NCBI GenBank assembly: GCA_965214935.1
Contig: CBDCCS010000011.1
Span: 192,001-256,000, forward strand
Source of the DNA: Candidatus Velthaea sp.
GTDB lineage: Bacteria > Vulcanimicrobiota > Vulcanimicrobiia > Vulcanimicrobiales > Vulcanimicrobiaceae
DNA length: 64,000 bases
Direction of reading: 5' to 3'
Part shown: positions 21,034 to 31,293 of the stretch, piece after piece
How the letters are laid out: each line of letters begins with the position of its first letter
Position numbering within the stretch: position 1 is the stretch's first letter
Translations under genes and position numbers: made by a program
The notes under the pieces: generated by a model
Seen by the model: the letters and a program-made list of their open reading frames with translations, nothing else
Database searches by the model: none
Told to the model about the DNA's origin: nothing

Positions 21034-23429
21034 TCGAGCCGGCGGTCGCGTTGGAGATTCGCGTGCGCGGGACCGTGCAAGGCGTCGGCTTTCGACCGAC
21101 GGTGTGGCGGATCGCTCAGGAGTGCGGCATCACCGGCAGCGTTGCCAACGATCCTGCCGGGGTGATTATTGCCGCTGCCGGGTCGACGGACGCACTTGAG
21201 ACGTTCATTGCACGCATACGCAGCGACGCGCCGCCGCTCGCGCGCATTGCGACAATCGACGTCGCTCGGACTTCGGTCCCAGTCGCGGGCGCAGGCTTTC
21301 GCATCGCGGACAGCACGCCCGGACCGGCGCATACGAACGTTGCGCCGGACGCTGCAACGTGCGCCGACTGTCGGGCCGAAGTGTTCGATCCGTTTACGCG
21401 CCGGTATCGCTATCCGTTTGCAAACTGCACTCACTGTGGTCCGCGGCTGTCGATCGTCACCGGCGTACCGTACGATCGCGCGAATACAACCATGGCGCCA
21501 TTCGTATTGTGCGCGGAGTGCGCAGCGGAGTACAACGATCCGGCCGATCGACGCTTTCATGCGCAACCGATTGCCTGTCATCGCTGCGGCCCGCGTGCTC
21601 GGCTCGAGCGGATGGATGGGCGCGCGGTCAGTTTCGACCAGCATTCGATGCTTGATGACGTCGATGCGGTGCGCAGTCTCTTGCAAAAAGGTTCGATCGT
21701 CGCAATCAAAGGTCTGGGCGGCTTTCACCTTGCGTGCGATGCGACGAACGCAACCGCCGTCGAGCTTTTACGCGCACGTAAGTTGCGCGAACGCAAGCCG
21801 TTTGCACTCATGGCGCAAGACGTTGCGATGATTCGCCGCTTCGCAACCGTTAGCGCCGATGAAGAAGCGCTGCTGCTCTGTGCGCAAGCACCGATCGTGC
21901 TGCTCGCCGCCGGTGGCCTCGAACGCTTACCGGACGCCGTTGCTCCGGGTGTCGCAACGTTGGGATTCATGCTGCCGGCAACGCCGTTGCACGCGTTGAT
22001 TGTACGCCGGTTGCGCGGGCCGGTGGTCATGACGAGCGGCAATCTCAGCGACGAGCCGCAGATCATCGACGATGCGCAAGCGCGCGGCCGGCTCGCGCGG
22101 ATCGCCGACTACGGTTTATTTTCGAACCGCGCGATTGCCGTCCGTATCGATGATTCCGTCGTGCGGGTCATGGCCGGCGAAACGCGCTTACTGCGCCGCG
22201 CCCGCGGCTATGCGCCGGCACCGCTCGCGTTACCACCAGGCTTCGAGGGGGCACCCGAACTGCTCGCGTTCGGCGCTGAAATGAAAGCAACGTTTTGTCT
22301 CATCAAAGACGGACAAGCAATCGTGTCGCAGCATCAAGGCGACCTTGAAGATGTCTCGACGTCGGATGATTACGAGCGCAACCTTGCGCTCTACGCACGC
22401 ACGTTCGATCACCATCCGGTCGCGCTGGCCGTCGACATGCATCCCGACTATTTGTCGGCGAAACGGGGTCGCGCGCGTGCCGTTGCAGAGCATCTACCGC
22501 TCGTCGAAGTGCAGCACCATCACGCACATATCGCCAGCGCGCTGCTTGAAAACGGCCGTCCGCTCGACGCTCCGCCGGTCATCGGTATCGCGCTCGACGG
22601 CCTGGGTTACGGCGACGACGGCGGCTTGTGGGGCGGCGAGTTTCTGCTCGCCGACTATCGCACGTATCGGCGCTTGGGCACGCTGCGTCCCGTAGCGCTG
22701 CTGGGCGGAGCGCAAGCCATGCGCGAGCCATGGCGTAACACGTATGCGCATCTCATGGCGCAGATGGGATGGCCGGAGTTCGCAATGAATTTCCGCGAGC
22801 TCGAAATGTTTGCGTATCTCGACGCAAAACCGCGTTCGACGCTCGATGCAATGCTCGCGCGCAAGCTCAATTGCCCACCGGCGAGTTCGACCGGCCGGCT
22901 CTTCGACGCCGTCGCGGCGGCACTGGGTTTGGTGCGCGAACGGGTCGCCTACGAGGGCGAAGCGGCGCTGCTGCTCGAGTCGATCGTCGACCGCGACGCG
23001 TTGGCGAACGAGAGCGACGAACTTGAATATCCCTTCGGGATTCCGTTGCTCGCCGGCGGCGGCTTGCCGTATATCGAACCGCTTGCAATGTGGCGTGCGT
23101 TACTGGGCGACCTCATCCGCCGAACGCCGCCGGGCGTAATCGCGGCGCGTTTTCACCGCGGTTTCGCGCAGGCGATCGTCGCGATGGTACACAGCGTAAC
23201 GCGCGGTGAGAACGCCGCGGCGCCGGCGGTCGATACCGCGGTTCTATCGGGCGGGTGTTTTCAGAATGCGATACTTCTCGAAGAAGTGAGCCGGCGCTTG
23301 AGAGCGAGCGGATTTCACGTGCTCATGCAAGCGCGCGTGCCCAGCAACGACGGCGGGATCGCGCTTGGACAGGCCGCGATCGGCGCGGCGACAGTACTCG
23401 GCAGAAGCGAAGGTGTCATATGTGTTTAG
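21030..23429 (+). CDS. hypF: Carbamoyltransferase HypF
   Basis: VQGVGFRP, Zn fingers CxxC...CTHCGPR, HHHAH and NDGGIALGQ. Confidence 0.97.
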   Translation: MIEPAVALEIRVRGTVQGVGFRPTVWRIAQECGITGSVANDPAGVIIAAAGSTDALETFIARIRSDAPPLARIATIDVARTSVPVAGAGFRIADSTPGPAHTNVAPDAATCADCRAEVFDPFTRRYRYPFANCTHCGPRLSIVTGVPYDRANTTMAPFVLCAECAAEYNDPADRRFHAQPIACHRCGPRARLERMDGRAVSFDQHSMLDDVDAVRSLLQKGSIVAIKGLGGFHLACDATNATAVELLRARKLRERKPFALMAQDVAMIRRFATVSADEEALLLCAQAPIVLLAAGGLERLPDAVAPGVATLGFMLPATPLHALIVRRLRGPVVMTSGNLSDEPQIIDDAQARGRLARIADYGLFSNRAIAVRIDDSVVRVMAGETRLLRRARGYAPAPLALPPGFEGAPELLAFGAEMKATFCLIKDGQAIVSQHQGDLEDVSTSDDYERNLALYARTFDHHPVALAVDMHPDYLSAKRGRARAVAEHLPLVEVQHHHAHIASALLENGRPLDAPPVIGIALDGLGYGDDGGLWGGEFLLADYRTYRRLGTLRPVALLGGAQAMREPWRNTYAHLMAQMGWPEFAMNFRELEMFAYLDAKPRSTLDAMLARKLNCPPASSTGRLFDAVAAALGLVRERVAYEGEAALLLESIVDRDALANESDELEYPFGIPLLAGGGLPYIEPLAMWRALLGDLIRRTPPGVIAARFHRGFAQAIVAMVHSVTRGENAAAPAVDTAVLSGGCFQNAILLEEVSRRLRASGFHVLMQARVPSNDGGIALGQAAIGAATVLGRSEGVICV

Positions 23430-23701
23430 GTATTCCGGGGCGCATCGTTGCGCTCGATCCGCAGCAGCCGAGTCTCGCGACCGTCGACGTCAGCGGTGTA
23501 CGCCGCAACGTAAACATCGCATGCATCGTGAACGAAGCGCAAACGCGCGAATCGTGTCTGGGCGCTTGGGTCCTCGTTCATGTGGGCTTCGCGATGAGCC
23601 GGATCGACGAAGCCGAAGCCGCGCAAACGTTAAAAATCCTCACCGAACTCGGCGAAGCGCAAGCCGAGATTGCCGCGATGCGCGCGAGCGGTGCGGCATG
23701 A
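23420..23701 (+). CDS. hypC: Hydrogenase chaperone HypC
   Basis: MCLGIPG and WVLVHVGFA motifs. Confidence 0.96.
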   Translation: MCLGIPGRIVALDPQQPSLATVDVSGVRRNVNIACIVNEAQTRESCLGAWVLVHVGFAMSRIDEAEAAQTLKILTELGEAQAEIAAMRASGAA

Positions 23702-24828
23702 AGTACGTCGACGAGTTTCGCGACGGTGCCAAAGCCGCATATCTGATCGACGCCATCAAGGCGCTGGTGCCGCGGCTCCCGGTCGTTGCCGGCCGCCGGT
23801 TGCAAATCATGGAAGTTTGCGGCGGACACACCCATGCGATTTTCCGTTACGGTATCGAACAGATGTTGCCGCCCGAGATCGAACTCGTGCACGGCCCGGG
23901 CTGTCCGGTCTGCGTGTTGCCGATGGGCCGCGTCGATGATTGCGTTGCGCTCGCCGAAGCGCCGAACGTAATTTTTACAACGTTTGGTGACGCGATGCGC
24001 GTGCCCGGCTCAAAGAAGAGTTTGTTGCAAGCCAAAGGCGACGGCGCCGACGTGCGGATGGTGTACTCACCGCTCGATGCGCTTGCAATCGCACGCAAGA
24101 ATCCCAGCAAAGACGTAATCTTTTTCGCGCTGGGCTTCGAGACCACGATTCCATCGACCGCGCTGACCGTGTTGCAAGCGCAAGCCGACGGTATGACGAA
24201 CTTTTCTCTGTTTTGCAATCACATTACGATCATCCCGACCATGCGCGCGATTCTTGAATCCGGCGATCTTCAACTTGACGGTTTCATCGGTCCGGGGCAT
24301 GTCAGCATGGTCATCGGCACGCACCCCTACGACTTCATCGCCGCCGAGTTCGGGAAGCCGATCGTCGTCGCCGGTTTCGAGCCGCTCGACGTCTTGCACT
24401 CGATTTGGATGGTCGTCGAACAACTCGCCGACGGTCGCGCGGAGGTTGAGAATCAGTACGCGCGCGTCGTGCCGTCGGCCGGTAACGCACAAGCGATCGC
24501 CGCCGTCGAGCGCGTCTTCGAGTTGCGTGACTTCTTCGAGTGGCGCGGGTTAGGCTCGATCGGTCATTCGGGTGTAAAAATGCGCGACGCGTTCGCGGCC
24601 TTCGATGCCGAGCGACGCTTCCCGGTGCCGGGTTTGCGCGTACTCGATCCGGCGCAGTGTCAGTGCGGCGAGGTGCTCAAAGGCGTGCTCAAACCGTGGG
24701 AGTGCCGCATCTTCGGCACCGCTTGCACGCCGACCACGCCGCTCGGCGCACTCATGGTTTCGTCGGAAGGCGCGTGCGCGGCGTACTATCAATACGGCGG
24801 CGTGCGAGAACGCGTCGGCAGCGCATGA
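23698..24828 (+). CDS. hypD: Hydrogenase formation protein HypD
   Basis: MEVCGGHTH, GPGCPVC, GFETT and MVSSEGACAA motifs. Confidence 0.97.
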   Translation: MKYVDEFRDGAKAAYLIDAIKALVPRLPVVAGRRLQIMEVCGGHTHAIFRYGIEQMLPPEIELVHGPGCPVCVLPMGRVDDCVALAEAPNVIFTTFGDAMRVPGSKKSLLQAKGDGADVRMVYSPLDALAIARKNPSKDVIFFALGFETTIPSTALTVLQAQADGMTNFSLFCNHITIIPTMRAILESGDLQLDGFIGPGHVSMVIGTHPYDFIAAEFGKPIVVAGFEPLDVLHSIWMVVEQLADGRAEVENQYARVVPSAGNAQAIAAVERVFELRDFFEWRGLGSIGHSGVKMRDAFAAFDAERRFPVPGLRVLDPAQCQCGEVLKGVLKPWECRIFGTACTPTTPLGALMVSSEGACAAYYQYGGVRERVGSA

Positions 24829-25898
24829 ACGGCACGCTCGTGCCTCACCGCGCGCGTCCATTGGCAACCGTTGCCGTGCCGACCGTAACGCTCGCCCACG
24901 GTGGCGGCGGCAAAGCGATGCGCGATCTCATCGACGACGTGTTCGTGCGCGTCTTTGCGAACGACGCGCTGCGCACGCTCGACGATCAAGCGCGCTTTGA
25001 CCTGTCGGCGTTGACCGCGCTGGGCGACCGGCTGGCGTTCACGACCGATTCCTATGTCGTCGATCCGCTGATTTTCCCCGGCGGCGATATCGGCACGCTA
25101 GCCGTCTGCGGCACGGTCAACGATTTAGCCGTCGGCGGTGCAATCCCACTGTACCTCACCTGCAGTGCGATCATCGAAGAGGGTTTGGCGGTCGACACGC
25201 TGCGCGACATCGCACGTTCGATGGCGCGAGCGGCGCGGGCGGCAAACGTGCAAATCGTCACCGGCGATACCAAAGTGGTCGAACGCGGGGCATGCGACAA
25301 GCTGTTTCTCAATACGGCCGGAATCGGTGTGATTCGGACGGGCATCAAGCTCGATGCCGCTGCCGCGCGGCCCGGCGACGTGGTGCTCGTCAACGGTTAT
25401 CTCGGCGATCACGGCGCAACGATCATGGCGGCGCGCGGCGATCTTGCGATCGATACGCCGCTGCAAAGCGATTGCGCACCGCTCGCCGAGTTGATCGATG
25501 CATTGTTGCTCGCAGCACCGGGCACGCGCTTCATTCGTGACGCGACGCGCGGCGGAATCGCCAGCGTGCTCAACGAGATTGCCGTCGCCTCGAATGTTGC
25601 AATTGCTATCGATGAAGCAAATACACCGCTGCGCGACGCAGTGCGCGGCTTTTGCGAGATTCTCGGTCTCGATCCGCTCTATCTGGCGAACGAAGGAAAG
25701 ATCGTTGCGATCGTTCCGCAACCCGAAGCTGATGCGGCGCTTGCCGCACTGCGCGCGCATCCGTACGGGGCCGACGCCTGCGCGATCGGACAGATCGCCG
25801 TTAACGGCGTGCGCGGTCGCGTGATCATGAAGACAATGTTCGGCGGCAGCCGCATCGTCGATATGCTCGTGGGCGAGCAACTGCCGCGAATCTGCTGA
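24825..25898 (+). CDS. hypE: Carbamoyl dehydratase HypE
   Basis: HGGGG, DATRGG and C-terminal LPRIC. Confidence 0.97.
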   Translation: MNGTLVPHRARPLATVAVPTVTLAHGGGGKAMRDLIDDVFVRVFANDALRTLDDQARFDLSALTALGDRLAFTTDSYVVDPLIFPGGDIGTLAVCGTVNDLAVGGAIPLYLTCSAIIEEGLAVDTLRDIARSMARAARAANVQIVTGDTKVVERGACDKLFLNTAGIGVIRTGIKLDAAAARPGDVVLVNGYLGDHGATIMAARGDLAIDTPLQSDCAPLAELIDALLLAAPGTRFIRDATRGGIASVLNEIAVASNVAIAIDEANTPLRDAVRGFCEILGLDPLYLANEGKIVAIVPQPEADAALAALRAHPYGADACAIGQIAVNGVRGRVIMKTMFGGSRIVDMLVGEQLPRIC

Positions 25899-25908
25899 GG
25901 ACGCTGCC

Positions 25909-26244
25909 GTGCACGAACTGAGCATCACGCAAAACATCGTCGCGCTCGTGAGCGAACGCAGCGGCAACCGGCGCGTGAAGCGGATCACGCTCGAAATCGG
26001 TGCCAATGCCGCGATCGTTCCGGCGTCGATCGAATTCTGCTTTCGCATCGTTGCTGCCGGCACGCCGTGTGATGGCGCCCGGCTCGAAATCCGCACTGTT
26101 GAAGGACGCGCACGCTGCCGCAGTTGTACGAGCGAATTCGCGCTGTTGCGCTTGGGTTCGGCTTGTAACTGCGGTTCGTACGATCTCGAACGTTTGCAAG
26201 GCGGAGAACTCAACATCAAAGAGATGGAAATCGAGGCGGCTTAA
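25909..26244 (+). CDS. hypA: Nickel metallochaperone HypA
   Basis: MHELSI start, CRSC...CNCGS. Confidence 0.96.
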   Translation: MHELSITQNIVALVSERSGNRRVKRITLEIGANAAIVPASIEFCFRIVAAGTPCDGARLEIRTVEGRARCRSCTSEFALLRLGSACNCGSYDLERLQGGELNIKEMEIEAA

Positions 26245-26246
26245 CG

Positions 26247-27143
26247 ATGTGCACGACTTGCGGCTGTTCCGACGGCTCCACCGTTACGCTTGTCGACATG
26301 ACGACGGGTACCGCCCTGCATCATCACGGCGACGGTGTGCTGCACAACCACGCCGCCGATGATGAAGCGCGCGCTCGGACGCATCACGACTCGCATCGCG
26401 ACGCATCGCAAACGTTGGTGCGCGACGCCGACTGGCAGAACCGGCAACGTGTCGAGCCGTCTCCGTCCGATGCGACGGACGGTCATGGTTCGATCGTCAG
26501 TCTCGAAGTTGCGGTGTTGGCAAAGAATGAAGCGCTTGCCGAACGCAATCGCGCTTGGTTCGCGACGCGCGAAATCATCGCACTCAATCTCGTTAGCTCA
26601 CCCGGCTCGGGTAAGACGACACTTCTGGAACGTACTATCCGTGACTGCGGCACCGAACTCGGCATAACGGTCATCGAAGGCGATCAAGCAACGGCGCGTG
26701 ACGGCGAGCGCGTGCGCGCAGCGGGCGCGCGCGCCGTTCAAGTAAACACCGGAACGGGCTGTCATCTCGAAGCACGGATGATCGCCGACGCGCTCGGCGT
26801 TCTACAGCCTCAACCGGGTTCGGTTCTCATCGTTGAAAATGTCGGCAATCTGGTGTGCCCGGCACTTTTCGATCTCGGTGAGCGCGCGAAGGTCGCGATC
26901 ATCTCCGTTACCGAGGGCGACGACAAACCGGAAAAATATCCGCACATGTTTGCCGCATCCGAACTGCTGATCGTCAACAAGATCGATCTCTTGCCGTACG
27001 TTGATTTCTCAGTTGACCGCTGTACCGCTGCGGCGCGCGCTCTTCGACCGGACGTGACGGTTATCGAACTGTCGGCGCGCACCGGTGAAGGGATGAACAG
27101 CTGGTACGATTGGATTCGCGCCCAGCGGCTCGCACGGGTGTGA
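26247..27143 (+). CDS. hypB: Nickel-insertion GTPase HypB
   Basis: MCTTCGC, His-rich linker, SSPGSGKT, ENVGNLVCP and NKIDL. Confidence 0.97.
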   Translation: MCTTCGCSDGSTVTLVDMTTGTALHHHGDGVLHNHAADDEARARTHHDSHRDASQTLVRDADWQNRQRVEPSPSDATDGHGSIVSLEVAVLAKNEALAERNRAWFATREIIALNLVSSPGSGKTTLLERTIRDCGTELGITVIEGDQATARDGERVRAAGARAVQVNTGTGCHLEARMIADALGVLQPQPGSVLIVENVGNLVCPALFDLGERAKVAIISVTEGDDKPEKYPHMFAASELLIVNKIDLLPYVDFSVDRCTAAARALRPDVTVIELSARTGEGMNSWYDWIRAQRLARV

Positions 27144-27421
27144 GCGATTCCGATTCGGCGGATAAGACCGGCCCGCCGGATCCGATCGACGCGCGCGCAA
27201 ACAGTGCAAACGACCCGAGCGCTGTTCTGCCGGAATTACGGCTGAACGTCAGCCTGCCGGGTTTTCGTGCGTATCGGGAGTTAGGTTACGGGGCGCTCGC
27301 GCGTCAACTCGGCATCCCGGATCGACAGCTGACGGGCCATTGGTGCAGCCGCTGCGAAGGCATTTGGTTCGGTTACTTACTCGAAGTCGAATGCCCGCAG
27401 TGCGGTAGTCGTACGGGCTAA
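27140..27421 (+). CDS. Small zinc-ribbon protein closing the hyp operon
   Basis: GTGA overlap with hypB; HWCSRC...CPQCG. Confidence 0.75.
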   Translation: MSDSDSADKTGPPDPIDARANSANDPSAVLPELRLNVSLPGFRAYRELGYGALARQLGIPDRQLTGHWCSRCEGIWFGYLLEVECPQCGSRTG

Positions 27422-27427
27422 GTGCAA

Positions 27428-28210
27428 TTACAGCATCGGGGTAGCCGTCGGCGAAGCTCCGGGCGCGGCTGACGGTGACGGCGAGTCGGTCGGCGCCGGG
27501 CTGGCCGGCATCGCTGAACCGACCGGAACCGGCACGGGGCTCATCGTGCCGGGGGTTCCGGTCGCTGCCGGCATGGCTGCTGCTGCCGGAGTCGTGATGA
27601 CGAGCGGCACGGCATTTTTCGCTTCGTCGGGAAGGACGACGACGTTTGCCGGATCGTTGTACTTCGTATATTTCATCGTCATCATACCGTTCGTGCACGT
27701 ACGCATGAGATACGATTTCTTATCGTACGTGCACACGAGGTTCGACGCGGCTTGTTGAATCATCGGTGTAGCGGTCGCAGGAGTGGGCGTATCGATTTTT
27801 ATGACCCCGACCGTTACGCCGTTTTCTTGACGGTCGGCCAGCGCCGTACTGTGTGCCTGCTTCATCATATTCGCGATATCGAGCGCTTGTTGCGGACGAT
27901 GTTGCAAATCAACCGTAGTCTTTTGCCAGCCGACCGCCGGCGAGTTGATGTAGACGGTGTTGCCGACAAAGTATGTCTCCATCGTCATGCGCCCCATGTT
28001 CATTTCGCTTTTAAATGCCATCGGGCGCACCACCGTTATGGTTCCGCCGACACCGGTCGTCCCGTTAAATTGCATGACGATGACAAATGAATTTATGGCC
28101 TTAGCGGCCGCGGCGATCTTCGTGCTTATCGACGACGCATCGTCTGCATAGGCCGGGGAAGACAAGGCAAAACATGCGGCGGCAATCGCCGTCAAACGAG
28201 CTACGTTCAT
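27428..28210 (-). CDS. Exported hypothetical protein (possible LolA/LppX-like beta fold) with Pro/Ala-rich tail
   Basis: Signal peptide ending AYA; beta-strand pattern; low-complexity tail. Confidence 0.7.
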   Translation of the reverse strand: MNVARLTAIAAACFALSSPAYADDASSISTKIAAAAKAINSFVIVMQFNGTTGVGGTITVVRPMAFKSEMNMGRMTMETYFVGNTVYINSPAVGWQKTTVDLQHRPQQALDIANMMKQAHSTALADRQENGVTVGVIKIDTPTPATATPMIQQAASNLVCTYDKKSYLMRTCTNGMMTMKYTKYNDPANVVVLPDEAKNAVPLVITTPAAAAMPAATGTPGTMSPVPVPVGSAMPASPAPTDSPSPSAAPGASPTATPML

Positions 28211-28350
28211 ACGCGCTGCTTCGCCCGCAAAGGCGTTCGCCCCGTTACTCGGCGGCCGTCACGCTTTGATTGCCGGGCGTCGCGAGGCGGAGCGGTTGCA
28301 CTGCTGCGCGATGCCGAGGTCGTGTAAGCCGTTGCGTGCTACATGACCGG

Positions 28351-29304
28351 ATGCAATCTACCAATGCACGGATTGAGTTCGAGTTTGTGCGCGCGACGGA
28401 AGCTGCGGCAATCGCTTCGGCGCTGCTTGTTGGTCGCGGGGACAAAAACGGCGTCGATCAAGCCGCGGTCGATGCCATGCGCGAGGTGCTAGGCGATGTC
28501 GACGTCGACGGCACGGTCGTCATCGGCGAAGGCGAAAAAGATGAAGCGCCGATGTTATATATCGGCGAGGCGCTCGGGACCGGCGATGGGCCGGCGGTCG
28601 ATATTGCGGTCGACCCAATCGACGGTACGACGCTCGCTTCGCGGGGCGGTCCCGGCGCGATTTCCGTCGTGGCGGCAGCGCGCCGCGGGACGCTGTTCAA
28701 AACGCGCATTCCGTATATGGATAAGCTCGTCGTCGGCCCGGCCGGCGCGGGACGCATTTCGCTGGATCGCCCGCTGCGTGAAAATATACGAGCACTCGCC
28801 GATGCGATGCAGCGACCGGTCAGCGAAATAACCGTTGCGATGCTCGACCGGCCGCGCAACGACCATCTCGTGCGTGAAGCGCGGACGGCCGGCGCGCGAA
28901 TCCGCTTATTTACCGACGGTGATGTAGCAACGGCGATCATCGCCGTTTTGTCGGAACGAACGCGAATCGACATGCTCGCCGGAATAGGCGGCGCACCCGA
29001 GGGCGTCGTTACCGCTTGCGCCGTGAAAGCGTTGGGCGGCGACATGCAAGGACGGCTATGGTTACGCAACGATGACGACGCAGCATTTGCCGTTGCCGAA
29101 GGCATCGATCCGGCGCGCACCCTGTGCCTGGACGACTTGTGCGCCGCCGATGGTGCGATACTCGCGGCGACCGGCGTAACCGACGGTGAACTGCTAACCG
29201 GCGTCCGATTTGAAGCCGGGATCGCGTTTACGCAGTCGATCGTGATTTCGGGCCTGACCCGGACGTTGCGGATGCTCGATTGCCAGCACTTTCCGGCGCG
29301 CTGA
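28351..29304 (+). CDS. glpX: Class II fructose-1,6-bisphosphatase (possibly a bifunctional FBP/SBPase)
   Basis: VIGEGEKDEAPML, DPIDGT, GGAPEGV and ATGVTDG motifs. Confidence 0.95.
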   Translation: MQSTNARIEFEFVRATEAAAIASALLVGRGDKNGVDQAAVDAMREVLGDVDVDGTVVIGEGEKDEAPMLYIGEALGTGDGPAVDIAVDPIDGTTLASRGGPGAISVVAAARRGTLFKTRIPYMDKLVVGPAGAGRISLDRPLRENIRALADAMQRPVSEITVAMLDRPRNDHLVREARTAGARIRLFTDGDVATAIIAVLSERTRIDMLAGIGGAPEGVVTACAVKALGGDMQGRLWLRNDDDAAFAVAEGIDPARTLCLDDLCAADGAILAATGVTDGELLTGVRFEAGIAFTQSIVISGLTRTLRMLDCQHFPAR

Positions 29305-29309
29305 AACAG

Positions 29310-29840
29310 ATGCGATTCGAACGGCGCGCCAAGCGGACCGTCTACAGCAATCCCTGGATCCGCTTCGAGGCGCATGACATCGTGCATCCCAATGGGACGC
29401 CCGGCGAGCATGGACTTGTTATTAATCCGCCCGCGAGTGCCGTCGTCGTTTACGACGCCGGCGACGTGTATTTCACTCGTCAGGCACGCTTTGCCGTCGA
29501 CGCGGTGATACTCGAAATTGTCAAAGGCGGCTCTGAAGCCGGTGAATCGGCGCTCGCCGCCGCGCAGCGCGAGACGCGCGAAGAGCTCGGCTTCGAGGCC
29601 GCGCGGTGGGATGCACTTGGCTTTGCTTACGAATTACCGTCGATCGTGCAACATCGCGTTGCGTTATTTCTCGCCCGCGACCTGACGCACGTCGCAACGC
29701 AGCTCGAACGCGTCGAGTCGATCGAAACCGTTCGCCTGCCGTGGGATGCCGCAATGTCGGCAGTCTATGACGGCACGATCGACGACGCTGTAACCGGTCT
29801 TGCCCTGATGCGCGCAGCGCATCTGCTCGCGCAGACGTGA
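29310..29840 (+). CDS. NUDIX hydrolase (ADP-ribose pyrophosphatase-like)
   Basis: Nudix box GGSEAGESALAAAQRETREELG. Confidence 0.9.
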   Translation: MRFERRAKRTVYSNPWIRFEAHDIVHPNGTPGEHGLVINPPASAVVVYDAGDVYFTRQARFAVDAVILEIVKGGSEAGESALAAAQRETREELGFEAARWDALGFAYELPSIVQHRVALFLARDLTHVATQLERVESIETVRLPWDAAMSAVYDGTIDDAVTGLALMRAAHLLAQT

Positions 29841-29938
29841 CCGTTCGCTCGATGTGGAAGCCGCCAAGCGGAATTCCCGTGCGCCGAACCGCAGTCTAGC
29901 GTTTCATTATCGACGAAAAGCGAAGGAGCGATTGACGG

Positions 29939-30154
29939 GTGAACGAGCGAGAATTAGCCGGCGAGTCGAACGAAGCCGGTGGGCTGGTCGATAGCGTTTA
30001 CGCTTTACGCCAAGCAGCAATCGACCACGGTCTTGCGCTTGCCAAGTTGCAAGCCAGTCCATCGACTATCGCTCGTGATGAACTGCTCGATACACAAATT
30101 ACACTTGAGGAGAAGACTGCCGCTGCAATCGAGGAATGCGGCGATGCGAAATAA
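29939..30154 (+). CDS. Small helical hypothetical protein
   Basis: AAGGAG RBS; plausible coiled 71-aa ORF convergent with the next gene. Confidence 0.55.
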   Translation: MNERELAGESNEAGGLVDSVYALRQAAIDHGLALAKLQASPSTIARDELLDTQITLEEKTAAAIEECGDAK

Positions 30155-30164
30155 ATGGCAGAAG

Positions 30165-30590
30165 TTAAGATTCTCCGGTTCGATCGCTCGCTGAGGCCGC
30201 TGCAACTCGCGGACCGCGCTTGTATAAGCGCACCAACGTGCCCCCATCCTCGAACGTTACGCGATCCATAAGTTCGCGCATGATCGTGATGCCGAAACCT
30301 CGGACCGACAACGGATCTCGCCGCGGAACCTTTTCAACGTCGAAACCCGGGCCCCGATCGTGGACTGAAATAAGCAATCCGTGCCCGTCGTAAGCGCAGG
30401 TGACTACAATCGACCCGAGGTTGCGCGCTCCATGCTCGACGGCATTGGCCAATGCTTCGCCGGCAGCAAAAACGACATCGCTCAGCTCAACAGACGTAAA
30501 GCCGCAGAGGCGGGCATAATCGGCGACCGCGCATCGCGCTTGATGCACAGAACTGGGCGCGCCACGAAAACGGGCACAGTACGCATTCAC
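30165..30590 (-). CDS. RsbW-like anti-sigma factor / Ser-Thr kinase (HATPase_c_2)
   Basis: EALANAVEHG, DRGPGF and GFGITIM motifs. Confidence 0.85.
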   Translation of the reverse strand: MNAYCARFRGAPSSVHQARCAVADYARLCGFTSVELSDVVFAAGEALANAVEHGARNLGSIVVTCAYDGHGLLISVHDRGPGFDVEKVPRRDPLSVRGFGITIMRELMDRVTFEDGGTLVRLYKRGPRVAAASASDRTGES

Positions 30591-31293
30591 TTATCATGCT
30601 TCTCCATCAGACTGTATTTTAAACTTCCTGATGCGGTAGGTCTGAAATCTTGTGCGCTACTTACAAAGCAGAACGTCAGTTCTACATACGCCCGAATTCG
30701 GTCCATGTTATCGGTTGGAGGCAACGCGTGAAGCGCCTCATGCGCTAAACTATTTAGCGTTCTTCGCCGCGGCCGCAATCGTGCAAGGTTTTTAGACTGC
30801 AGCCACATTGGCACGAACGAGCGATCGCGTCGGCACAACCGGCGCCGATCTTTGGCGTTGATGACGTGCATCCTGCCGCACACAGCGCACAAAGACGATC
30901 GGGGACGGGAGTTCAGTAAATATTCTCATCGCGCGACGAGCCGGTGTTGCCGCCGGTCGCACGATCGACGATCAAGGTATCGAAGATCGCATTGCAGCGC
31001 TCGCCCGTGAGACCCGGAGATGCCGAGAGATACGCAGACCGCTTAATGACGGACTAGTGGTCGTTGCGTCGTGGCTCGCGCAATCGGGCCTCGTTTGCCG
31101 GCAACGGCAGGAACTCACCGCTGACGGGATTGAGCTCCGCGCGCTCCGTATGGAAGACGTGCGTCGCGCGGCCGGCTTACGAACGGACGGCAGCGTACGA
31201 GGTGACATCTCTCCGTTCGGACTTCGTCGAGCGAACGCTAAACGAAGACCCTAGCGGCAGAGAACGACCAGAGCTTGGAGCTTGCAGATACGA

